Shown here one piece after another: positions 1 to 9,682 of a DNA stretch of 64,000 bases. Source of the DNA: a virus. The number at the start of each line of letters is the position of its first letter. The stretch's first letter is position 1. The translations under genes and the position numbers were made by a program. The DNA is taken from IMG/VR virus record IMGVR_UViG_3300029267_002377, positions 1 to 64,000 of that record; one strand, 5' to 3'. Below the pieces are notes generated by a model. It searched no databases and was not told the origin of the DNA. It saw only the letters and a program-made list of their open reading frames with translations.

Positions 1-1
1 A

Positions 2-721
2 TACTTGTGTGTAGACAGCGGCGGCCCTTTGGTTGTACAGGATAGTTGGGCGTCCAGATGCGCTTTTTGGTTTATTGACTCAAGGAGAAACTGCAATCCT
101 GATGTTAGGCAACCAGATGATGATTCCCAGGCTGAAAAGATTTTCAAAGCTGGTGGTTGGGTTTTTCAGGCTCAGTATGAGGATACTTTAAGATTAAGAG
201 ATAAGGGAATAGATTCTACCTGGCTCCCGCTGGCTGCTGATCCCGAGGTCTGGGCTAGCCATCCCAAGGAGAACAAACTTTACGATGTAGCGTTTGTGGG
301 AAATTGTTATGATCCAACCCGCCTAGAGATCTTAGACAAGTTGGGTAAAGAGTTCAACTTCTACTGGCCGGGGATCGAAGGCGCAATTATGGAAGATGGG
401 GCCAAAGTTTACCGGCAGAGTCGAGTTGGATTTAACATTAGCTCCTTCTACGGCCAAAACATCGCCTACGATATAAATATGCGAGTCTTCGAGATCATGT
501 CTTGCGGAATTCCGCTCGTTACAAACTATGTTCTAGGATTGGATCTTCTTCCTGGTTTGGGAAATTGCCCCGGAGTGTTTACCTACCAGAGTTTGGAAGA
601 AATTGTCCCAACCATCAAAGAAGCGTTGGAGTGTGAGACTGTTTACACTCATAATTCGATTGTAGAAAAGCATACGTATAGACACCGAGCACAGCAAATC
701 CTGGAGGTAGTAGGTGTGTGA
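2..721 (+). CDS. Glycosyltransferase, CgeB/Glyco_trans_1_2-like (5' truncated by window edge)
   Basis: WLPLAADP, YDVAFVG and DINMRVFEIMSCG motifs typical of CgeB-type GT-B enzymes; frame open to the left edge. Confidence 0.85.
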   Translation, partial: YLCVDSGGPLVVQDSWASRCAFWFIDSRRNCNPDVRQPDDDSQAEKIFKAGGWVFQAQYEDTLRLRDKGIDSTWLPLAADPEVWASHPKENKLYDVAFVGNCYDPTRLEILDKLGKEFNFYWPGIEGAIMEDGAKVYRQSRVGFNISSFYGQNIAYDINMRVFEIMSCGIPLVTNYVLGLDLLPGLGNCPGVFTYQSLEEIVPTIKEALECETVYTHNSIVEKHTYRHRAQQILEVVGV

Positions 722-1820
722 AAGTATTATCATTGCCAACCACGACGCAATCTCCTACCGAGTTATCTCCCATGAGATTGGAAAGGTTTTGGGGAGAGAC
801 TATGATGTCTATATTATTGACTGCGGCTACAAAGGAGAATACCACACTTATCCATTTTCATTGATCTCTGGAATCTATCAAGCCCTCCCCGCCCACGTAA
901 ACCACCTAAGAGATGCAGTTAAAGCTAAGTACACTATTTTCATCTTTGACCTTCACAAACACCTTAGGCTAGAGAACGCGCTGCAAGATAGAGATTGGGA
1001 ATACACAGCAGTTTTTCCTATAGAAAGTTGGCCCCTCCTTTGGCCGGAGGCAGCAGAGAAGTTAGATAGACGGTTTGTTATTTCTCGTTTTGGAGTTGAA
1101 GTTTGTAAGAAAGCAGGATTAGAGACTACCTACCTACCTCTTGGTTTAGATATAGACTACTGGACTCCCGGGGACAATAACCTAGCTAGAGGAAAGTGTG
1201 GGCAACTTTGGCTCAAGCACATAGCGATCAAATCAAATGAACCTCCTGTGGATGTTTTAAGTCGCGTAGCAAATAGTAAAATCGTTTTGACAGTTGCAGA
1301 CAACAATGACCGCAAGAACCTCCCCGCCTGCTTTGAGATTGTGTCTAGACTCAAAGAAGAAGCGATGCTAGTCATTGTAGCCCCGAGCAAAGAGCACAAG
1401 GGGAGCCCCTACGAGGGGTGGGATCTGCACGCTCTGGCAAGAGATTACGACCTACAGAACCGCTTTGTCTGGGTAGGGGGATTATCAAAAGATTTACTAA
1501 GAGAGCACTACAGAGCAGCAGATGTGTTCCTACTTCCTAGTCAGGCGGAGGGGTATGGGTTAATCTTAAGGGAGGCAGCAGCTTGTGGGCTTCCTTGGGT
1601 GGCAACGGATTGTACTGCCATCAGTGAGGCTCCTGGAGGAATAAAAATTCCGCCTAAGGGACCCCCCACGATATTTCCACTCGGCAACCAAAGGAGATAC
1701 TGGATAGATGAGGAAGCTGCTGCCGAAGCAATCGACCATATTTTCAATCATCCGGAAATGGTGGGAGATTTTAGTGACTACCCAACTTGGGAGGATTGTG
1801 TGGAGATCTTAGTTGACTAA
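714..1820 (+). CDS. GT4 (GT-B) glycosyltransferase
   Basis: NNDRKNL and ADVFLLPSQAEGYGLILREAAACG (E-x7-E) motifs. Confidence 0.9.
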   Translation: MCESIIIANHDAISYRVISHEIGKVLGRDYDVYIIDCGYKGEYHTYPFSLISGIYQALPAHVNHLRDAVKAKYTIFIFDLHKHLRLENALQDRDWEYTAVFPIESWPLLWPEAAEKLDRRFVISRFGVEVCKKAGLETTYLPLGLDIDYWTPGDNNLARGKCGQLWLKHIAIKSNEPPVDVLSRVANSKIVLTVADNNDRKNLPACFEIVSRLKEEAMLVIVAPSKEHKGSPYEGWDLHALARDYDLQNRFVWVGGLSKDLLREHYRAADVFLLPSQAEGYGLILREAAACGLPWVATDCTAISEAPGGIKIPPKGPPTIFPLGNQRRYWIDEEAAAEAIDHIFNHPEMVGDFSDYPTWEDCVEILVD

Positions 1821-2035
1821 GGGCAATAATCTCGGTATACGTAGAACGCAAGGTCGAATAGCCAATCCTCCGGGTAGATACTGCCCTCTTTGTCCTTCAC
1901 ATATAGGCCGAACTTATCAGCAGCATCTTCTACCAATGTGGCTGTGTTCGTCTCATCTGTGAGGGGGTCAATATGCTCGTCCATAACTTCAATCATGTAG
2001 GCTTTGATCTTATCAAATAACTCTTTATCAGCCAT
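1817..2035 (-). CDS. Small hypothetical protein in an antisense promoter cassette
   Basis: ATG at 2035 after AAAGGAG RBS, with its own TTGACA/TATAAT promoter at 2066-2115. Confidence 0.75.
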   Translation of the reverse strand: MADKELFDKIKAYMIEVMDEHIDPLTDETNTATLVEDAADKFGLYVKDKEGSIYPEDWLFDLAFYVYRDYCP

Positions 2036-2065
2036 TCTAATTCTCCTTTCATTGTTTGTACTTAC

Positions 2066-2115
2066 ATTATAACACAAAAACATCATTTTGTCAAGGGGTC
2101 GAACCTTAAAATTTT
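2066..2115 (-). promoter_or_regulatory. Sigma70 promoter with conserved upstream box AAAATTTTAAGGTTCGAC
   Basis: Minus strand reads AAAATTTTAAGGTTCGACCCC-TTGACA-N17-TATAAT. Confidence 0.9.
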
Positions 2116-2994
2116 ATGAGAAAAAAAAGAAAGAGAAAACCAACCGGCGCTCCTGTAGACATCATAGTTGCAGTTTATGGTGGGCTAAAATTTTTAAAAA
2201 GCCTGTTAAATACTCTGGACCAGTTCGATGCAGGAGTACCCTATAATCTCATCATAGCAGACGATTGTACTCCCAACAAACGGGGACGAGGAGAGCTTTA
2301 TAAATATTATGACAGTATCCAATCCCGTCCCCACACCAAAGTTCTGAGATCTGGCCAGAACAGAGGGTTTGCTGGAATAAACAACTGGGCTAGCAAGAAA
2401 TGTTCTGCCCCACTAATCTTATTTCTCAATAGCGACATCGAGATCATTGAAGACGGTTGGTTGAAGCATATGGTAGATGAGTTTGACGACTGGAGTGTTG
2501 GGGTCGTAGGAGCCAAACTCATTTTTCCAGAAGACACTGGGGGAGACACCAAACGGCCTGCAGGAACAATCCAGCACGCAGGGGTGGCTGTGAATATTCT
2601 AGGTCAGCCATTCCATATCTGCGTAGGTTGGCCACCAGATGACCCGAGAGTTAACATTCGCAGAGAACACCAGATTGTAACTGGCGCTTGTTTGATGGTT
2701 AGGAGAAATATTTTCAAACAAGTTGGGGGATTCAATGAGATTTACGGTCCAGGAAACTTTGAAGATTGTGAGTTGTGCATCCTGACTCAGAGGCTAGGCT
2801 ACAAGGTAGTTTATCAACCAAAAGCACAATTGGTGCACTACGCTGGTGGGAGCGGTAACACAGCAACTGCTCAGAAGAACGAACAGATTTTCCGGTTTAG
2901 AATGAGCCAACTTATGAAGTACGACGACTACAAATTCGCTCTGCCGTGGAAGGAGGAGTATGAAAGAAGCGAAGGAAATTTACAAACTAATTGA
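2116..2994 (+). CDS. GT2 (GT-A) glycosyltransferase
   Basis: IIADD, NRGFA, FLNSD, VTGACLMVRR, GGFNE and EDCELC motifs. Confidence 0.92.
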   Translation: MRKKRKRKPTGAPVDIIVAVYGGLKFLKSLLNTLDQFDAGVPYNLIIADDCTPNKRGRGELYKYYDSIQSRPHTKVLRSGQNRGFAGINNWASKKCSAPLILFLNSDIEIIEDGWLKHMVDEFDDWSVGVVGAKLIFPEDTGGDTKRPAGTIQHAGVAVNILGQPFHICVGWPPDDPRVNIRREHQIVTGACLMVRRNIFKQVGGFNEIYGPGNFEDCELCILTQRLGYKVVYQPKAQLVHYAGGSGNTATAQKNEQIFRFRMSQLMKYDDYKFALPWKEEYERSEGNLQTN

Positions 2995-3160
2995 GCAGTC
3001 GGGATTATCAAAAGAAGAGCAGGAACGACTGCATGATTGGTACAGAGAAGCTCATATCAAAGTAACAGAGAAGCACAAGGCCAAACTGCAAAAGCTAAAG
3101 CAGCAGCGAATAAAGAAGATTGAGAAGCTACAGAATAAAGTCCTGAGGAGGTTAAAGTGA
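2960..3160 (+). CDS. Small basic hypothetical protein
   Basis: AGGAGGAG RBS; overlaps both neighbours. Confidence 0.6.
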   Translation: MKEAKEIYKLIEQSGLSKEEQERLHDWYREAHIKVTEKHKAKLQKLKQQRIKKIEKLQNKVLRRLK

Positions 3161-4212
3161 AGGTTGATCTGCATTATAGCAACAACCCCCCATTTACTGA
3201 CTCCGACCTAGAACAAAAAGGCTTAGGTGGAACTGAGGGGTTTATCGTCCAGTCAGCAAGGGAACTAGCCAGACAGGGCCACCAAGTGAGGCTCTATAAC
3301 CGCTCTCCCATTGAAACTACATCCAGTGAAGTTTTCTGGTCTAACATCTCTCGTTTCAACCCCCAGGAGGACCGAGATGTCTTCGTCAGTTTCCGGATGA
3401 GGGAGATTTTCAAAGAGCGCCCTAAGGGACTCAAGGTCATTATCCTGGCTGACACGGAAAGTGTTGGACTAGGAGATGATGTTAGAAATGGGTTGGTTGA
3501 TTTGGTGATGTTTGTGTCTCAGTGGCAAAAAGACAAAATTGCCACTGAGGAGAATATTCCAGATGAATACTGCATGGTTACAGCCAACGGAATCAAGTTA
3601 GAGGAGTTTGAGAAGAAAATTGACAAAGTTCGAGGCATGTGCATCCATACCAGTACTCCTGAACGTGGCTTGTCTCATATCCTCGACATCTGGCCCAAAA
3701 TCCAAGTCCTCCAGCCAGAGGCTTCTTTACACTTATTTTCAAGTTACTACGGCTGGGGAGCGAAACCCGAGGAGAACCAGAATATGTGCGCTGCTCAGTA
3801 CGCTCAAGCTGAATTTTTAGAAAAGACCGGGCACAACATTGTCAACCATGTCCACGTTGGAGCAGAGGAGTTGAGAGAGTGGCAGCTTAAATCTGAACTG
3901 TTTTTGTACCCCACCGCCTTTAAGGAGACGTGTTGTATATCGGCATTAGAGGCAGCAGCAGCAGGATCTGTTTTGGTTTGTTCCGACGTGGCTGCTCTAC
4001 ACGAGCGAGTGGTAGATGGAGAAACGGGTTATTTGATTCCAGGAGAAGTTGGGACTTCTGAGCACGACTGGAACTTTGTGTCGAAAGTTAATTCGCTCCT
4101 AATGGATCAAGCCAAACTAATGAATATGGCGCACACTGCTCAGGAATGTGCTAGGAGTTACGACTTTGAGGTTCTGGTGAGGGATTGGGTGGAAAAATGG
4201 CAAAGCCCCTAG
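3157..4212 (+). CDS. GT4 glycosyltransferase
   Basis: GLGGTE, TSTPERGL and YPTAFKETCCISALEAAAAG motifs. Confidence 0.9.
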   Translation: MKVDLHYSNNPPFTDSDLEQKGLGGTEGFIVQSARELARQGHQVRLYNRSPIETTSSEVFWSNISRFNPQEDRDVFVSFRMREIFKERPKGLKVIILADTESVGLGDDVRNGLVDLVMFVSQWQKDKIATEENIPDEYCMVTANGIKLEEFEKKIDKVRGMCIHTSTPERGLSHILDIWPKIQVLQPEASLHLFSSYYGWGAKPEENQNMCAAQYAQAEFLEKTGHNIVNHVHVGAEELREWQLKSELFLYPTAFKETCCISALEAAAAGSVLVCSDVAALHERVVDGETGYLIPGEVGTSEHDWNFVSKVNSLLMDQAKLMNMAHTAQECARSYDFEVLVRDWVEKWQSP

Positions 4213-4232
4213 CTTTCGCTAGAGGACTTTGC
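4200..4232. terminator. Hairpin between convergent genes, probable terminator
   Basis: GCAAAGCCCCTAGC-TTTC-GCTAGAGGACTTTGC imperfect inverted repeat. Confidence 0.55.
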
Positions 4233-4290
4233 TCTTCCCCAAAGGTGTCCACACTCTAAGGTGCAACCTACTCAATGGAGTTATGCTTAG

Positions 4291-4455
4291 CTAGTCAAAC
4301 TCTGAGGTTCTTTCGTTGTCATATTCAATGTTAATATCTGCCTTCTTACCGCAGGTTTTACATACTACGTACATGTCATCGAACCGATTGGCTGACATCC
4401 TGATGACTATTGTTATTTTACTCCCACAAAAATCACATATCGCTATTCTATTCAT
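4291..4455 (-). CDS. Small zinc-ribbon protein (CxxC...CxxC) in an antisense promoter cassette
   Basis: CDFC and CKTC; AAAGGAG RBS; own promoter at 4486-4535. Confidence 0.7.
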   Translation of the reverse strand: MNRIAICDFCGSKITIVIRMSANRFDDMYVVCKTCGKKADINIEYDNERTSEFD

Positions 4456-4485
4456 GATCTGCGCTCCTTTCATTGTTGTGATTAC

Positions 4486-4535
4486 ATTATAACACAGAAT
4501 TCAGTTTTTGTCAAGAGGTGGAACCTTAAAATTTT
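4486..4535 (-). promoter_or_regulatory. Sigma70 promoter with conserved upstream box
   Basis: AAAATTTTAAGGTTCCACCTC-TTGACA-N17-TATAAT on the minus strand. Confidence 0.9.
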
Positions 4536-4588
4536 CAGAACTCGAGGCGAAACATTTTGATTTTCGCCCTTTCTGTGTTAAAATATGA

Positions 4589-4801
4589 GTGATGGGAAAA
4601 TTAAAGGAAGCAGCCCAAGGAACTTGGATACTTGAAGTAGTCAAAGAAGCTCTGGCCGTAGAAATGACCACACGGGAAGTTATGACTTTAGAGATCCTGG
4701 CTGAGAACTTTGATTTTACAGAAGAAGATTTAAACAAGTACGCTGAGTTGAAAATGAAAAAGATGAGGGAGGCACGAGAGGCCCAATCCAATGAGGTCTA
4801 A
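4589..4801 (+). CDS. Hypothetical protein
   Basis: ORF coupled (TAATG) to the next gene. Confidence 0.55.
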   Translation: MMGKLKEAAQGTWILEVVKEALAVEMTTREVMTLEILAENFDFTEEDLNKYAELKMKKMREAREAQSNEV

Positions 4802-5493
4802 TGTCAGATATCGTCACCACCTCGGATTTCTCTGACTATTGTGGAGATTCGACAGGTTCATACACATCTACTCAGGTTCAGTTAGCTCTTGACATTGGGG
4901 AGTGGTTGGCTGAGGAGTACCTGATGACTCCTCTAACTCCCACGGCTCAGACTGAGGAGTACCCTTGGCCGTTCCAGAAGGAACTACAATTAAAGAAAAG
5001 ACGTATAATATCCATAGACACTGTGACCTCTTTACATTTTTTAGACTGTGATTGTGAATGGCAAGACGATGAAGAATGCGCAGTTACTCTCGACGCAGAA
5101 CAAGGAATTATCTTGGCCGTAGCCTGTAGCGCATTTCCCTGCTGCACGGCTAGGGGGAGGTGGTGTGGGTGCGAGTGTCCTGCTAGAGTAAGGGTAACGT
5201 ACACGGCGGGGTTTGCTTCAGGAGCGTTTACAGGCACTAAACTTGGATCTGTGCTTCGAATGGCTGTTTGCCAGATTGCGAAGTATCTACTCCCTCAAAT
5301 TACTAGCTTAACTGCTGAGGGTGAGAAGTTTATCAAGTCCTGGTCGAGTATGGATTACTCGGAGAGCTATGGAGAAACTGCTACCTGGATGAACAGTATT
5401 AGCTCAGATCCTAGAGTGGTGCAGGCCCTAAACCTTCTAAACATGATAAAGAAAAAGAGATTCCTGGGGATTACTGGAAGAGGTTACCCATGA
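4801..5493 (+). CDS. Head-tail adaptor/connector protein
   Basis: VRVTYTAG motif, helical C-terminus with S-x-x-DYSESY; first gene of the neck module. Confidence 0.7.
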   Translation: MSDIVTTSDFSDYCGDSTGSYTSTQVQLALDIGEWLAEEYLMTPLTPTAQTEEYPWPFQKELQLKKRRIISIDTVTSLHFLDCDCEWQDDEECAVTLDAEQGIILAVACSAFPCCTARGRWCGCECPARVRVTYTAGFASGAFTGTKLGSVLRMAVCQIAKYLLPQITSLTAEGEKFIKSWSSMDYSESYGETATWMNSISSDPRVVQALNLLNMIKKKRFLGITGRGYP

Positions 5494-5792
5494 CTCAACA
5501 ATACAAAAGCTTTGACTTAGGTTACAAAGGCCGAGCAGTTAACCTTGGTTTTATAGATATCAAGTGGGATACTAACTCTCTTGCTGAAAAGGAAGAAGAG
5601 GTTCCCAGAACTCTATGGGAACGATTATTTTCATTTCCTTGGCAACCATTTAAGAAAACCAAGGTTATAAAGATCAAAGAGCCAGCAATGTACTCTTACA
5701 TGGATCCTATCAAGTTTAAGATGATGTTTATATGTCATCCAGCATTCAAAGAAAGGATTTTCAGAGAATTTAGTATGTTTGAGGTACAATAG
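5490..5792 (+). CDS. Hypothetical protein
   Basis: Coupled ORF inside the operon. Confidence 0.6.
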   Translation: MTQQYKSFDLGYKGRAVNLGFIDIKWDTNSLAEKEEEVPRTLWERLFSFPWQPFKKTKVIKIKEPAMYSYMDPIKFKMMFICHPAFKERIFREFSMFEVQ

Positions 5793-6160
5793 TGTCTCTC
5801 CAAGGCCAAAACATCCTAGTCACTATCAAAAGAGAAGACGCCTCAGCAGATACAGCTTCCGGCGGACGACAATACACATTATCAACCATTGCAGAACACG
5901 TTGAGGCAAGGATCTCAGCAGTTAGGCCCAGCGCTGATCTAAGAGCTCAAGGAGTCCAAACTGGGAAGGTGTTCTCAATGGTCGTTCAGCCAAGTGATAG
6001 AAACATCACTGAAAGGGATATAATAACTCCCGAGACTGGTGCCTGGGCTGATTACGACTTTCGAGTTACAGGAGTACAAGTAGATAGTTTACTCCCTAGC
6101 GACCCACGGAGCCACTTGTCTGTGGGACTAGAAAGGATGGATAGGAGGATAGTACAATGA
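5792..6160 (+). CDS. Head closure (stopper) protein
   Basis: Size, position, D-x-x-GG near the N-terminus and DII...FRVTGV pattern of SPP1 gp16-like proteins. Confidence 0.65.
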   Translation: MSLQGQNILVTIKREDASADTASGGRQYTLSTIAEHVEARISAVRPSADLRAQGVQTGKVFSMVVQPSDRNITERDIITPETGAWADYDFRVTGVQVDSLLPSDPRSHLSVGLERMDRRIVQ

Positions 6161-6645
6161 GTTGGGATATTTTCAAAGAAGTTACAGAAACGATCGATTT
6201 TATCGAGAGAGGTGGTCCTGGGTCTGGTAACTGGGGCCACAAGGGGAGAAAAGGTAAACGAGGAGGCTCAGCCCCTCGGAAGGGTGGTGGAGTAGCCGCC
6301 CAACGCAAACAGGCAGGTAAAAAGACATACACTCGTCAGAATGTAACTTGGAAGAAGGATAGATGGGGGGATGAACGAGCAGAGATTGATACTCCCAAAG
6401 GTAAGATCCGAGGGGGAGTGTATAAGAAGGTGTCATATACCGGGAAAGGTAAATCGCGCAAACAGCAAGTAAAGTATCTGGGTCAGGTACTTGGGCCAGG
6501 TACAATGGGCCAGTGGACTGGCTCAAACAAAGACCGAAGCAAAGTTAAGGAGTGGGTAGAATCTGCTATGAATGAACGAGTACATGGACTCAACCCACTG
6601 GATATCCAAACATACTTCAGCAGTCCCAAACTCAGAAGGTTGTAG
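6157..6645 (+). CDS. GGPGSG-tag protein with unknown basic C-terminal domain
   Basis: Carries GGPGSGNWGHKGRKGKRGGS at 6211, shared with three other genes in the window. Confidence 0.8.
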   Translation: MSWDIFKEVTETIDFIERGGPGSGNWGHKGRKGKRGGSAPRKGGGVAAQRKQAGKKTYTRQNVTWKKDRWGDERAEIDTPKGKIRGGVYKKVSYTGKGKSRKQQVKYLGQVLGPGTMGQWTGSNKDRSKVKEWVESAMNERVHGLNPLDIQTYFSSPKLRRL

Positions 6646-6654
6646 TTAGAACAG

Positions 6655-6873
6655 ATGAGTTTAGTTTCCACTGTCCGTGGCTTAACCCAAGAGCTCGAAT
6701 TCTGCCGGGGCCACGAAGAAGCTCTCGAAGTTCTTAATATTATCGCTAGCACACTGGAGACTTCTCCAATCGCTTTGGGGTTTTGGTATTTGTGGCCACC
6801 AGAGTTGTATAAAGCTTACCTAGATGCTATGAGGGTTTATGTCTGGACGTGTATGGAGCGAAGGAAAAATTGA
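6655..6873 (+). CDS. Small hypothetical protein
   Basis: ORF track; lies in operon. Confidence 0.5.
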   Translation: MSLVSTVRGLTQELEFCRGHEEALEVLNIIASTLETSPIALGFWYLWPPELYKAYLDAMRVYVWTCMERRKN

Positions 6874-7330
6874 CGACCTTCCAGCTTTAGTTGATGCTGG
6901 GATGAGAAAGGGTCTCCATACTGCTGGAGTTCGAGTAGCTTCTCGAGCGAAGCGAGTATTCGAGATTTTCAGACCTAGGGGAACAGCCACTGGAGCGACA
7001 GTTCGGTCTATTACAGTTGGGCGAGTCCGATCTTCTGGAGTAACATATAGTGTTAGAATTGGTCCTGGAACACACCAAGCAATTTATTTGCATGAGAAAA
7101 CTCCTCCGCAGAGATGGCCTAAGTTTAAGAACATTGTCGAGTGGTTAAAGGTAAAACCAGGAACACCTCCTAAAGATGCCTTATATGCAGTAGCACGAGC
7201 AGTCCAGTTGAAAATATCCAGGTTTGGGACAGAAGCATTTCCATTTATGAGTACTGCACTGAAACTAGAAGGGCTTGAGGTAAAAGATATTATCTTAAAC
7301 TCAATTATACGGGAGATTAGAAGAGGATGA
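6839..7330 (+). CDS. HK97 gp10-like neck/tail completion protein
   Basis: TGATVRSI and GTEAFPFM motifs; position. Confidence 0.75.
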   Translation: MSGRVWSEGKIDDLPALVDAGMRKGLHTAGVRVASRAKRVFEIFRPRGTATGATVRSITVGRVRSSGVTYSVRIGPGTHQAIYLHEKTPPQRWPKFKNIVEWLKVKPGTPPKDALYAVARAVQLKISRFGTEAFPFMSTALKLEGLEVKDIILNSIIREIRRG

Positions 7331-7575
7331 AAGACGTTAGATGCCGGAGAAGTCCATACAACACTCTCTTATTTAGATATGACGAGAGAGGGATCCTAGT
7401 TTACTGCAAGGATTGCTACTCTCACAATCAGAACAAGAAAGGGACTCAGCACCTCATCCCCTGGTCAGCGCTTTTAGGTCTTATGTTTAGATTTATTTTC
7501 AATATTGAACCCACTAAACTCCCAGAGGGGTTGTCTGATGGCTTTGATCCTGATAGTTTCGATGTTGAACCTTGA
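7327..7575 (+). CDS. Small protein with degenerate Com-like zinc ribbon
   Basis: DVRC...LLF...YCKDC pattern. Confidence 0.5.
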   Translation: MKDVRCRRSPYNTLLFRYDERGILVYCKDCYSHNQNKKGTQHLIPWSALLGLMFRFIFNIEPTKLPEGLSDGFDPDSFDVEP

Positions 7576-7595
7576 ATTACTAAAAGAGGTTTTGT

Positions 7596-8042
7596 ATGCT
7601 CAATGGCTCCGACGTCCAGAGCGCAGTAATTACTGTGTTAAAAGCTGATACCGACTTAGTTGCAGTGGTAGGAGATGAGATCCGAGAAGATGAGTGGCCA
7701 GGAACGGACTGGGCCTATCCTTGTGTGCGAGTGGCTCTTAATCTCCTCACCCCCAACAGTACAGGAAACTGTCACTTAAAAAACTGGACAGTGACATTTT
7801 CAACCTTGGTACTAACTCAACCTACATCGTCTGGTGGAGTGTACAACTTCTCGTCAGACCAGTGTAATCAGATTATGAACCTTTGTACAGCAGCGCTATT
7901 TGGAGAGAAGGTTGAGTCATCTGGGAACTTTGTGGCTGAGACAGCAGTCAACATAACGGGACAAAATTCTCCTGTTCCAGAGCCTCCTCCAGGTGGTTGG
8001 CGGGGAGAAGTCCTTTGTGAGATGAGGTTGAAAGAGGTTTGA
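7596..8042 (+). CDS. Tail terminator protein
   Basis: Q-x-AV-x-x-L-x-AD-x-x-L...G-x-x-I...YP pattern; position before the tail tube gene. Confidence 0.7.
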   Translation: MLNGSDVQSAVITVLKADTDLVAVVGDEIREDEWPGTDWAYPCVRVALNLLTPNSTGNCHLKNWTVTFSTLVLTQPTSSGGVYNFSSDQCNQIMNLCTAALFGEKVESSGNFVAETAVNITGQNSPVPEPPPGGWRGEVLCEMRLKEV

Positions 8043-8290
8043 AAAAGCTATGCTACATACGAGGCATCTCGAAAGGCGGTTCTGTCATCTACGAAGGACC
8101 CGAGACGGGTAATATCTATAGGTTCTACCACAATGCTCCCTGCCTAATAATTGGGGAGGAGCTTGATGAAAGAGACATCCACGGGCTCCTACAAAAAGTA
8201 AAAATCCAAAGGGGGAGCTGTGGGGGATGTGGTGGGGGAGGGGGTAAGAAAGCTGTCACCTACCCAGTGTTTGCATTGAGAAATTTTTAA
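8039..8290 (+). CDS. Hypothetical protein (CGGC, Gly-rich)
   Basis: Coupled ORF. Confidence 0.55.
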   Translation: MKKLCYIRGISKGGSVIYEGPETGNIYRFYHNAPCLIIGEELDERDIHGLLQKVKIQRGSCGGCGGGGGKKAVTYPVFALRNF

Positions 8291-8333
8291 AAATTCTTTC
8301 AAAAGCCTGTTAGGCCATATTTTAGATAAACGG

Positions 8334-8380
8334 AAGCGCGTTGACGCAGCTAGTATATGTGTTAGCGCGCTTTTTCATTT
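8334..8380 (+). terminator. Intrinsic terminator-like hairpin upstream of the tail tube gene
   Basis: AAGCGCGTTGACGCA / TGTGTTAGCGCGCTT stem with G-U pairs, followed by a T tract. Confidence 0.6.
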
Positions 8381-8400
8381 TCAATAGGAGGTAAACAAAA

Positions 8401-9033
8401 ATGCCGCTAAACTCAAGTTATTGTGAGCCTACAGGCACAACCACCTCGTCAGAAGATCTTTTCTTGGAGGGCGGTCCCGAGTTTTGGATTGGGGGAGTTC
8501 CACAGAACAACCCCGACTCCGACGGGTTCTACTGGGGTATTGCGGGAACCGCAGCAGACCCCGCCTATCAGATTGGGTGCTACGAGGATTTCCGGTTCCG
8601 TGACAACGTGACGATGAATGACATCCAATGTGATACGATTGGTGTTAAGTCAGTCACCCAGAAGCGGAACTACCTGGAATGCACGTTCACCCTCAAGAGT
8701 CTTCTACCCTTCGAGCACCTTAGTATCTTTATGAAGGGTAGCGGAGTCACCAATAACACCTCCGAAGGTACAAGTAAGTTCGGTCTCGGTGAGATTGACA
8801 ACGATACCTATTACATGTGCTTCTGGAGTCGTGTTTATGACGACTCCACGGGAGACTGCTTCTCAGTAACAGGACACAGGTGTCAGGTTGTAGATGCTTG
8901 GGAGTTAGCAACGGTTTGGGGTCAGCCATGGACGTTGACCGGGTTCACTGTCAGGTTCTATGCAGATGACACAAAGCCGGATGCTCAGGCGTTTGCAACA
9001 GTTGTCAGGCTAGATCCCAGTGAACTAAGTTAG
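8401..9033 (+). CDS. Major tail tube protein
   Basis: Strong AGGAGG RBS, 210 aa beta-rich protein, position before chaperones and tape measure. Confidence 0.7.
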   Translation: MPLNSSYCEPTGTTTSSEDLFLEGGPEFWIGGVPQNNPDSDGFYWGIAGTAADPAYQIGCYEDFRFRDNVTMNDIQCDTIGVKSVTQKRNYLECTFTLKSLLPFEHLSIFMKGSGVTNNTSEGTSKFGLGEIDNDTYYMCFWSRVYDDSTGDCFSVTGHRCQVVDAWELATVWGQPWTLTGFTVRFYADDTKPDAQAFATVVRLDPSELS

Positions 9034-9043
9034 GAGGAGCTCA

Positions 9044-9682
9044 GTGGACTTCTTGAAAGCATTGGAGCTCGAAAACAAGACAGAAACCATCGCCTTTGGT
9101 GGGGAGTTCTTTGTAGTTCCCCGCCAAAGGTTGAGGGGGTATTATGCCCTGGAAGCAACTATGGGGAAGCTCAAGGAGTGGATGGACATCGGGCTTTATG
9201 ACACTGTAGATTGCTACCTGGAATGGTTTTCCCATGCAACGGGGTTCTCTGAGGATTGGACTGAGGGCCAGGATCCGGTTGAGTTTGCTGAGGCTTTTAT
9301 CAAACTTGTCGCCCTAAACGAGCCTTTAGCCACTCTCCCTTGGATGACCATCCAACCCAAAGTCGCTAAAACAAATGCTGACTACCCCAACCGTGGCCTA
9401 GCCTCAATCGTCCACCAACTAGCCGAAGCCTACTCCTGGGCCCAAGAAACAATCTTGAATCTAGTTCCCGAGGTGGCTTGGTGCTACTTGCAGGAAGTTC
9501 AGTTATCGAGGCATGAAAGGGAGGAATTTGAGTACGGTTTATCTGAGGTCGCCTACGACAAGAAAGGCCAGTACAAGGATTATCAAAAACTCCCTTGGCA
9601 ACGAACGACTCAGGGTGGAGCTAATATTCCTAACAACCTAAAGCCAACTGGAAATGTTGTGACTGGGGGTGCAGATGGTTGA
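9044..9682 (+). CDS. Probable tail assembly chaperone
   Basis: Position; LAEAYSW...I-x-x-L pattern of chaperone C-terminal domains. Confidence 0.55.
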   Translation: MDFLKALELENKTETIAFGGEFFVVPRQRLRGYYALEATMGKLKEWMDIGLYDTVDCYLEWFSHATGFSEDWTEGQDPVEFAEAFIKLVALNEPLATLPWMTIQPKVAKTNADYPNRGLASIVHQLAEAYSWAQETILNLVPEVAWCYLQEVQLSRHEREEFEYGLSEVAYDKKGQYKDYQKLPWQRTTQGGANIPNNLKPTGNVVTGGADG

